A DNA stretch of 64,000 bases from Candidatus Yanofskybacteria bacterium. GTDB taxonomy: Bacteria > Patescibacteriota > Minisyncoccia > 2-02-FULL-40-12 > IGHO2-01-FULL-4-A. How positions within the stretch are numbered: the first letter of the stretch is position 1; each line of letters begins with the position of its first letter. The stretch is from assembly GCA_016185545.1 (NCBI GenBank), contig JACPNJ010000005.1, positions 79,013-143,012 on the forward strand, read 5' to 3'. The position numbers and the translations under genes are program-made. The notes under the pieces are model-generated. The model was given only the letters and a program-made list of their open reading frames with translations. It was not told where the DNA came from and did no database searches. This document shows, piece after piece, positions 57,552-64,000 of the stretch.

Positions 57552-58274
57552 TTATTCGTTTATGTGTTTATGATTCTCCGCCCAAAGACAATACTGACAT
57601 TCCGAGTGAGATTGCGGTGGAACGTCGGAGCGTGCAAGTTTTACCGCGTCAGCGAAAATATCATAGATATAACTCGGGTCTGCGGTTACCTCACGAATTT
57701 CACCGCGAAATGGCAAACGGCCGCGGAAACCGTCAGTTTTGTCCACTTGGAAGAATACGAAATAGGCTTTGCGAGCGGTTTTGAGACCCAACTGTTCAAG
57801 TATGTAAGTATATGTATCCATTTGCATTTGATAATCATCATAGACAGAAATTTCTTTGGCGCCGGAAGATTTATAGTCTATAACGGCCAGCGAGCCGTCT
57901 GGAAATTTAAGCATGTCGTCAACGGCGCCGAAAAGCGTGGCATCAAGACTCTCATCGTGATATTTCAGCCCTTCAAAATTATTGCGCCATTTTTGGAGCT
58001 GCGCTTGATCGGGGTAGAGTTTCGCATCGGACAAACCGTTATGACCCAGCAAAACTGGATGCATCTCTCCCTTTTCTCGATATTCGTCAAACTCATGCTT
58101 AAGTAATTGGTCTACGGCTATTGAAAGCGTATAAGGATAACCCTGCGGACGCCTTATGTCTTTGTGTTTATACAACCAAAAACACCGCGGACATTCTTTC
58201 ATCAGCTGAAGATTAGCGCGGGATATTTTGAGGAGTTTGGATGTTTTGATAAACGTCATAAATCCAAATATCAA
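57552..58274 (-). CDS. standalone Cas4-like PD-(D/E)XK nuclease (4-Cys)
   Basis: ECPRCFW N-terminal Cys pair, VIDYKSSG catalytic motif, SECQYCLW C-terminal Cys pair. Confidence 0.6.
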   Translation of the reverse strand: MIFGFMTFIKTSKLLKISRANLQLMKECPRCFWLYKHKDIRRPQGYPYTLSIAVDQLLKHEFDEYREKGEMHPVLLGHNGLSDAKLYPDQAQLQKWRNNFEGLKYHDESLDATLFGAVDDMLKFPDGSLAVIDYKSSGAKEISVYDDYQMQMDTYTYILEQLGLKTARKAYFVFFQVDKTDGFRGRLPFRGEIREVTADPSYIYDIFADAVKLARSDVPPQSHSECQYCLWAENHKHINE

Positions 58275-58339
58275 AATCCAAATGACAAATCAATGACTAA
58301 AATCCAAAACCCAAATTTAATTTAGTCATTTGAGCTTTG

Positions 58340-59026
58340 TCATTTGACGTTAATTTTTACGATAATATCTCCTTGTTTAATCTTCAATACCACATCCATA
58401 CCCTTAATCACCTTGCCGAAAACCGTGTGTTTGCCGTAGAGATGCTGTTGCGGTTTGGTTGTAACAATGAAAAACTGGCTGCCGTTGGTGTTGGGTCCGG
58501 CATTGGCCATGGCAATATAACCCGGGTCAACAGGCAAGGATTGCAAGGTATCATTATATATATAGCCCTGTTCTTCGTATTGAGCAATTAATTCATCAGG
58601 GGCGCCAAGAGATTTTAAATTAATCTCATCTTCAAAAGGATAACCCAGGCCAGTTGGTCCGCCAGTACCGACTTTCGGGTCATCCGTTCTAGACAGCGGG
58701 TCACCGCCCTGTATCATAAAGTCATCAATAACCCTATGAAATTTGGTTCCATTGTAAAATCCTGACTTTGCCAATTTCACAAAATTAGTCACGGTCTTGG
58801 GAGCAACTTTAGGATAAAGCTCTAGCTCAATATTGCCGCGGGTAGTTACCATTGTAGCCTTAACTGTCTCCGGTAATGACTCAACGGTCGGGCTCGCTTG
58901 AACTGTTGGCGTAGGCGATGGTTCCTGGCTTGCACTCGGATTGACATTGCCCCGCTTTTTTAAAGCAAAATAACCGCCAAGGGCAACTATAATGGCAACA
59001 AAAACTAGAAGAAAGACTTTATTCAT
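58340..59026 (-). CDS. cyclophilin-type peptidyl-prolyl isomerase, membrane-anchored/secreted
   Basis: [15 protein letters not shown] core. Confidence 0.88.
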   Translation of the reverse strand: MNKVFLLVFVAIIVALGGYFALKKRGNVNPSASQEPSPTPTVQASPTVESLPETVKATMVTTRGNIELELYPKVAPKTVTNFVKLAKSGFYNGTKFHRVIDDFMIQGGDPLSRTDDPKVGTGGPTGLGYPFEDEINLKSLGAPDELIAQYEEQGYIYNDTLQSLPVDPGYIAMANAGPNTNGSQFFIVTTKPQQHLYGKHTVFGKVIKGMDVVLKIKQGDIIVKINVK

Positions 59027-59147
59027 AAATTTAATCTAGCAGATTATTAAATTCTTGTGAAGCGAAGCCGAGTCAGACTCGGCGAAGCGGAATCCGCCAA
59101 AGCACAAACAAAAAAAGTCAACCTTATTTAAAAAGTTAGCCTTTATG

Positions 59148-59672
59148 CTAGTCTGATTCTTCGCCACACATTTCAGCGACGGCGGACAAAATTTCCTCGG
59201 GTATCGGAATCTTTTTACCAACCGGACTGACCCCGGGATACCGCCATGCGGATATTATCCGCATTTTTGGTTGCTGGTGGTTGGTTTCTAGTTTCTGGTA
59301 ATTTTTAAATTTTGCATTGCCATTTAAATTGATTCGCATGCGCTTTTCGTTAAGCGTATCCGCATCGTTTTGATTTTTGCCTGCCCCGCCGTTGGCGTAC
59401 GGCCTGGGTAATTTTGCTTGCCCCGTAGGGTCGCGAAGCGACTCCTTCGGGGAATTTTGAATTTCTTGAAACATCACCCATATCTCCTGTTTCTTGCTTG
59501 ATGTCGGCTGCATAACGGCTATAGTTTTGGGCGCAACTCCGTCTTCTCTCCTTTTGGGAAACCTGACGATCCTTTTTATCAAACTCTCTGATATCCCATA
59601 ATAAAGCATCTTGTCTTTGACATGATTAGTCCATTGGTATTTATCATTATCTTTCGGGAGGTTAAATCGCAT
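59148..59672 (-). CDS. DUF4258-like small protein split in frame by a ~75-aa repeat-derived insertion
   Basis: N-terminal YQWTNHVKDKMLYYGISESLIKRIV and C-terminal KMRIISAWRYP match DUF4258 ends; the middle carries element B peptide NSPKESLRDPTGQAK. Confidence 0.4.
   Translation of the reverse strand: MRFNLPKDNDKYQWTNHVKDKMLYYGISESLIKRIVRFPKRREDGVAPKTIAVMQPTSSKKQEIWVMFQEIQNSPKESLRDPTGQAKLPRPYANGGAGKNQNDADTLNEKRMRINLNGNAKFKNYQKLETNHQQPKMRIISAWRYPGVSPVGKKIPIPEEILSAVAEMCGEESD
59378..59470. repeat. palindromic element family B (ccccgtagggtcgcgaagcgactccttcgggg) plus partial duplicate
   Basis: Same 32-nt hairpin as in secA at 62633. Confidence 0.8.
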
Positions 59673-59696
59673 AGAGCTTTCACGCCTATTACATTA

Positions 59697-60251
59697 TTAA
59701 TCGTCAGAATAAATTATTTTTCCGGCTTCAAAGATGTGGAATGCGCCGGTTTCTTCGGAAACCGTGTACACAGTTGTATTTTGAAAAATATACGATGAGA
59801 CAATGGCAAAGAGATGCCTGGAGTGGACTTTTTGTCGGAATCCAAATTGTTCGGATAAGTCTTTGAAACGGCCAGGATTGATTTTATCGGCAACCGTGCG
59901 CGGCCTTAAGCCTTCAAGGATTATGCCGGAATGCGCGAACTTGCCAGTCGCATCTATTAAGATCGCGCCATCAAAACCAACTGTGGATTCGACTTCACGA
60001 TACCATTCAGCGTGGTTTTCAATATCATTGATATTTATGCGGTATGCGACAAAAATATCCTGCGTGGCATCGGAAATGTCTGTATATTCTTGCCACTTAT
60101 CTTGCCAGCCAAGTATTATAAAAAGACCAAAATTTTTCTGATGGGCCATTAAATTCAAAACTAGCTCAGCTGTTTTCATTTTCAAGGAAATCGGCAAGAC
60201 AATTTCCGATTTCTTGAAAATCTCGATTAATTCAAAAATCTTTTTTTCCAT
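59697..60251 (-). CDS. DAC (diadenylate cyclase) domain protein, soluble, divergent (RHR to RHL)
   Basis: GFDGAILID (DGA motif), HSRHLFA (RHR region), VSEETGAFHIF (SEETG) in canonical order; no TM helices. Confidence 0.55.
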   Translation of the reverse strand: MEKKIFELIEIFKKSEIVLPISLKMKTAELVLNLMAHQKNFGLFIILGWQDKWQEYTDISDATQDIFVAYRININDIENHAEWYREVESTVGFDGAILIDATGKFAHSGIILEGLRPRTVADKINPGRFKDLSEQFGFRQKVHSRHLFAIVSSYIFQNTTVYTVSEETGAFHIFEAGKIIYSDD

Positions 60252-60699
60252 TATTTATTTTTTTAGAACGGTCGGAAACTAACCAGGAGCTTGATTGTAT
60301 CTTGCCACCACGGCCAATGTTGAAAATTATTTTGCAGCCAAGTTTGTTACAAACAGCAGCTTCTGGAATATCATTTGCGGTTCTATCTCCCCCATTGGCA
60401 AAAATGTGGGGTCGGATTTTTTTAAGTTCGGCGCATACGCTCATATCCGCCGGCTCCGCCGGATGACTGGTCAAAATTACCTGATCAACTCCCCTTATTG
60501 TTTCCAGTATTTCCTTGCGTTCTTTTTCAGACATAAACACATAACCCTTTTTCTTTCTGAGCCAGTTATCGTTATTCAAAATAACAACCAATTTGTCGCC
60601 AAGTTTCCGGGCTTCCTGAAAAAGCCGGACATGGCCGACATGAATTGGGTCCCACCCGCCACTTACCGCTACTATTATTTTTTTCTTTTTATTTCCCAT
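60232..60699 (-). CDS. cytidylyl/adenylyltransferase-family (HIGH motif) nucleotidyltransferase
   Basis: VAVSGGWDPIHVGHVRL; 155 aa; 20-nt overlap with the DAC gene. Confidence 0.75.
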   Translation of the reverse strand: MGNKKKKIIVAVSGGWDPIHVGHVRLFQEARKLGDKLVVILNNDNWLRKKKGYVFMSEKERKEILETIRGVDQVILTSHPAEPADMSVCAELKKIRPHIFANGGDRTANDIPEAAVCNKLGCKIIFNIGRGGKIQSSSWLVSDRSKKINNGKKDF

Positions 60700-60805
60700 G
60701 ACACTTTTTATCCTCCTTCGCTACCTCCTTCGCCAAGGCTTCGGAAGGTCAAAGAAAGCTACGGAAGGATTGCGAGATGTCACTTCCCGTGACACTTCTA
60801 CTTTT
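60697..60805 (-). promoter_or_regulatory. conserved 5' leader element (copy 2); supplies SD aggagga and the ATG of the nucleotidyltransferase gene
   Basis: About 95% identical to 31568..31676. Confidence 0.6.
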
Positions 60806-60973
60806 TCAATAACCAGCCGCAAGAGTTTTTCTTTATTTTGAGCTGTTTTTAAAACCGCGTACCCACTGAAATAGCCATAAAATAGAAAATGTCATGCGGG
60901 CTGCCTATTGATTCTTTTCTGTTATTTTGCCATTATACTACCAGGTCGTTAAATCTTTACAGGAGGCGAAACA

Positions 60974-61450
60974 ATGCGACATTCGACTTACCAGCAATTG
61001 ACTGATTTGCAGCGCAAGGCGCTCGATTCAGCGGAAGAAGCTCTCCAAAATTCGTACAATCCGTATTCCAACTTCTTTGTCGGCGCAGCTCTTTTTGCTG
61101 AAGATGGCACGCTTGTCTCTGGAACGAATTTCGAAAATGCGGCGTACGGTTCAACAATCTGTGCGGAACGGTCGGCAACTTTTCGGGCCAATGCTATGGG
61201 TTTACGGCGTTTTTCTGGCATTGCAATCATCGCCCGTGGTTCTAATTTTGACACGACAGAAGTTACTGGACCCTGCGGTAGTTGCCGCCAAGTGCTCTAC
61301 GAGCTCGCTCAGTTATCTGGCACCGAATTCGAAGTCGTTCTTTCAACAACCAAGAAGGACAAACTTATCATCGCTTCCATCAAAGAACTTTTGCCGCTTG
61401 GTTTCGGTCCGCTGGACCTCGGAATTGATATCGCAAAATATCAGAAGTAG
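60974..61450 (+). CDS. cdd: cytidine deaminase
   Basis: CAER and PCGSCRQ zinc motifs; RBS aggaggcg. Confidence 0.9.
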   Translation: MRHSTYQQLTDLQRKALDSAEEALQNSYNPYSNFFVGAALFAEDGTLVSGTNFENAAYGSTICAERSATFRANAMGLRRFSGIAIIARGSNFDTTEVTGPCGSCRQVLYELAQLSGTEFEVVLSTTKKDKLIIASIKELLPLGFGPLDLGIDIAKYQK

Positions 61451-61492
61451 CCTTCTTCTCGGAGTCACAAAGTGGCTCCTTTTTTTATCATT

Positions 61493-64000
61493 TTATCTCC
61501 CATGACATCTTTTATATTTTTTACCTGACCCACAAAAACATGGGGCATTCCTTCCTATTCTCGCATGGTCGAGAATGTTTGATGGCCGACTTGATTCTTG
61601 CTCCATTTGTTTTGAGACAGCTGACCGACTAACTGCCAAATCCTCACGTTTTTCTTCAATTGCAACAGTTTTTGGCTGTTGGACAAATCCAACCTTAAAA
61701 ATTAAACCCGCCACTTGCGCTCCAATGGCCTCCTGCAGTTGAGTGAACATTTTTTGGCCTTCTATTTTATATTCAACTAACGGATCGCGCTGGCCGTAAG
61801 CACGCAGGCGCACCGAGTCGCGAAGATACTCCATCTGTTCAAGATGATCAACCCACAGCTCGTCTATCACGCGTAGTAAAACCATTTTCTCAATATGTCT
61901 CATTGATTCCACGCCTGTTTGCTGTTCACGCTGAATATAAACTTCATCAATCAAACCATGCAGAAATTCGGATAATTTGCCTGGCCCATTCGATGAGTTC
62001 AGGTCAAGCTCTTGTGGTTTTGCGATTTCGTTTAATTTAGCGTGCAAATCGCCAACCATCGGCATCAGAGTTTTAACACTCTCGGCTATTTCTTCGGTAT
62101 TATATCCCCCCGTTTCGCTTAAAGCGTGGAATTGCATAATTTTATCAATATGTTCGTGAATATAATTATTTATTTTGTCCTTGACGCCTTCTCCCCCCAG
62201 TATTTCCTTGCGCAAACTGTAAATCGCGGTTCTGTGGCGATTCATTACATCGTCATATTCTAGGACGTATTTTCGGATATCAAAGTTGTTGCCTTCAATT
62301 TTGGATTGGGCTTGCTCTATGGCGCGGGAAACGAAACGGTTTTCAATAACATCGTCTTCGCTTACGCCAAGCCGATCCATCAAGTTTTTAAGACGATCGC
62401 CGCCGAATATGCGTACCAGCTCATCTTCGGTGGATACAAAAAACTGCGAAGAGCCCGTGTCGCCCTGCCGGCCGGAACGTCCACGCAATTGATTATCTAT
62501 GCGCCTTGCTTCGTGCCTCTCCGTCCCAATCACATGTAAACCTCCTAATTCCTTTACTCTTTTATTTTCTTCCTCCCAATTTTTATATTCTTCATTTAAA
62601 AGTTTATCTTCTTCAATTTTAAATTTTGCCTGCCCCGTAGGGTCGCGAAGCGACTCCTTCGGGGAATTTTGAATTTTGAATTTGCTAGGCGCATGCCCGC
62701 CGAGCATGATATCAACACCCCTGCCGGCCATATTGGTTGCCACCGTAACAGCGCCGAGCCGACCGGCTTGAGCAATAATTTCACCCTCTTGTTCGTGGTT
62801 TTTGGCATTTAAAACTTTGTGCGGTATACCTTCACGGTTGAGATGCACCGATAAAAGTTCATTTTTAATAATCGCCGCCGTACCAACAAGTACCGGTTGA
62901 CCTTTAAGATGCCGCCCCTTGATTTCGGCAACAATTGCTCTGAATTTACCCGCTTCTGTTTTATATATACGATCGGGTAAATCAGCACGTATCATTTGTT
63001 TGTTGGTGGGAATAGTAACGACATCCAGTTTGTAAACCTTGTGAAACTCTTCAGCTGATGTCTGCGCCGTGCCGGTCATACCGGTAAGTTTTTTATACAA
63101 GCGAAAATAATTTTGGAAAGTAATCGTGGCATAAGTTCGGGATTCTTTCTGGACATATACCCCCTCTTTGGCTTCAATCGCTTGATGCAATCCCTCCGAC
63201 CATCGCCGCCCCGGCATTAAACGGCCGGTAAATTCATCTACTATGATTACTTCACCGTCTTTTACAACGTAATCCTTGTCGCGGTGGAAAAGAATTTGCG
63301 CTTTCAACGCCTGTTCAAGATGGTGAACATAACGAGTACCGCCTTCCTCGTAGATGTTTTTGAGATTCAGCACGCTTTCAACTTTTTCAATGCCTTTTTC
63401 GGTAATTGACACGGCTTTCAATTTTTCATCAACATTATAGTCTTCGTTTTCGTGGAGACGTGGAACAATTTTGGCAAAAGTTTCGTAAAGCTTAGTTGAA
63501 TCAGAATCCGGTGCAGAAATAATTAGCGGGGTTCTGGCTTCATCTATTAAAATGGAGTCAATTTCGTCAACAATGGCATAATTATGCCCTCGGGTCTGCG
63601 CAACTTGCCCCAATTCATATGCCATGTTGTCCCGTAAATAATCAAAACCGAATTCGTTATTGGTCCCATAAGTAATGTCGGCTTCGTATGCTTCTCGCCT
63701 AGTAACCGGACGCAGAAATTCATGAACAACCCTGAATGCCCCTGTTTCATCGCGTATTTCGTCTAATTTTCGTGATTTATCATTTTCTTTTTCACTTTTG
63801 AATTTGAAATTATCATTTTGAATTTTGAATTTTGAATTTTGAATTTCGCTATGCAGTGGATCATAAACGTAACTCATTTCATGGTTCAAACATCCGACAT
63901 TCATTCCGAGAAGATGGTATATCTGCCCCATCCATGCCGCATCGCGCCTTGAGAGATAATCGTTCACGGTAACTATGTGGACCCCATTAGAAGTAGCCGC
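61493..64000 (-). CDS. secA: preprotein translocase ATPase SecA (N-terminus beyond window edge)
   Basis: DEAD motor, GGLHVIGTERHE, C-terminal zinc finger CFCGSGKKYKRCHG; ORF open to position 64000. Confidence 0.92.
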   Translation of the reverse strand, partial: AATSNGVHIVTVNDYLSRRDAAWMGQIYHLLGMNVGCLNHEMSYVYDPLHSEIQNSKFKIQNDNFKFKSEKENDKSRKLDEIRDETGAFRVVHEFLRPVTRREAYEADITYGTNNEFGFDYLRDNMAYELGQVAQTRGHNYAIVDEIDSILIDEARTPLIISAPDSDSTKLYETFAKIVPRLHENEDYNVDEKLKAVSITEKGIEKVESVLNLKNIYEEGGTRYVHHLEQALKAQILFHRDKDYVVKDGEVIIVDEFTGRLMPGRRWSEGLHQAIEAKEGVYVQKESRTYATITFQNYFRLYKKLTGMTGTAQTSAEEFHKVYKLDVVTIPTNKQMIRADLPDRIYKTEAGKFRAIVAEIKGRHLKGQPVLVGTAAIIKNELLSVHLNREGIPHKVLNAKNHEQEGEIIAQAGRLGAVTVATNMAGRGVDIMLGGHAPSKFKIQNSPKESLRDPTGQAKFKIEEDKLLNEEYKNWEEENKRVKELGGLHVIGTERHEARRIDNQLRGRSGRQGDTGSSQFFVSTEDELVRIFGGDRLKNLMDRLGVSEDDVIENRFVSRAIEQAQSKIEGNNFDIRKYVLEYDDVMNRHRTAIYSLRKEILGGEGVKDKINNYIHEHIDKIMQFHALSETGGYNTEEIAESVKTLMPMVGDLHAKLNEIAKPQELDLNSSNGPGKLSEFLHGLIDEVYIQREQQTGVESMRHIEKMVLLRVIDELWVDHLEQMEYLRDSVRLRAYGQRDPLVEYKIEGQKMFTQLQEAIGAQVAGLIFKVGFVQQPKTVAIEEKREDLAVSRSAVSKQMEQESSRPSNILDHARIGRNAPCFCGSGKKYKRCHGR
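62624..62690. repeat. family B palindromic element inserted in frame in the secA variable linker (encodes NSPKESLRDPTGQAK)
   Basis: Direct sequence identity to 59420..59452. Confidence 0.8.
63815..63847. repeat. (ATTTTGA)x4 heptamer array in the secA C-terminal linker
   Basis: Encodes KFKIQNSKFKIQN. Confidence 0.8.

Overview
This is a low-GC (about 40%) bacterial chromosome segment, densely packed with small genes, most on the minus strand. Housekeeping content is ordinary: serS, lysS, greA, mrdA (PBP2), mreD, mreC, mreB, proS, rseP, frr, a holB-like clamp-loader gene, murG, an 83-aa MGMT-like gene, polX, lon, an RNase J-like gene, a FemAB-like gene, ruvA, uvrB, secF, secD, cyclophilin, cdd, secA (running off the window edge) and one tRNA-Lys(UUU). 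Accessory content includes: a prkA-yhbH-spoVR stress/sporulation-type triad with an unusually long SpoVR; a flotillin; an HD/dGTPase-like gene; a TraG/VirD4-like ATPase with a membrane partner and a sigma-70 region-4 protein; two adjacent Cas4-like PD-(D/E)XK nucleases; and a divergent DAC (c-di-AMP cyclase) domain gene that overlaps a HIGH-motif nucleotidyltransferase gene. Gene sizes, TTG starts, weak Shine-Dalgarno sites and the TraG-like ATPase suggest a small-genome CPR/Patescibacteria-like organism; this is inference only.

The most unusual signal is in the non-coding and repeat layer rather than in any single protein. (1) Short palindromic elements are inserted in frame inside housekeeping genes, Rickettsia-RPE-like, in at least three families; one encodes the same peptide RGSTSTRLSLYEVEPL in ProS and HolB, another encodes NSPKESLRDPTGQAK in SecA and a DUF4258-like gene. 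(2) Heptanucleotide tandem arrays of 4-5 copies occur inside essential CDSs and directly upstream of four start codons. (3) Perfect 143-bp inverted repeats bracket mreB-mreC. (4) Two inverted copies of a roughly 115-nt structured element show compensatory hairpin changes and are embedded in MITE-like modules with 17-bp terminal inverted repeats. (5) A roughly 110-nt element with a conserved GCCAAGGCTTCG-loop hairpin sits in the 5' regions of several unrelated genes. (6) A GC-rich, highly structured region of about 500 bp has no credible ORF.
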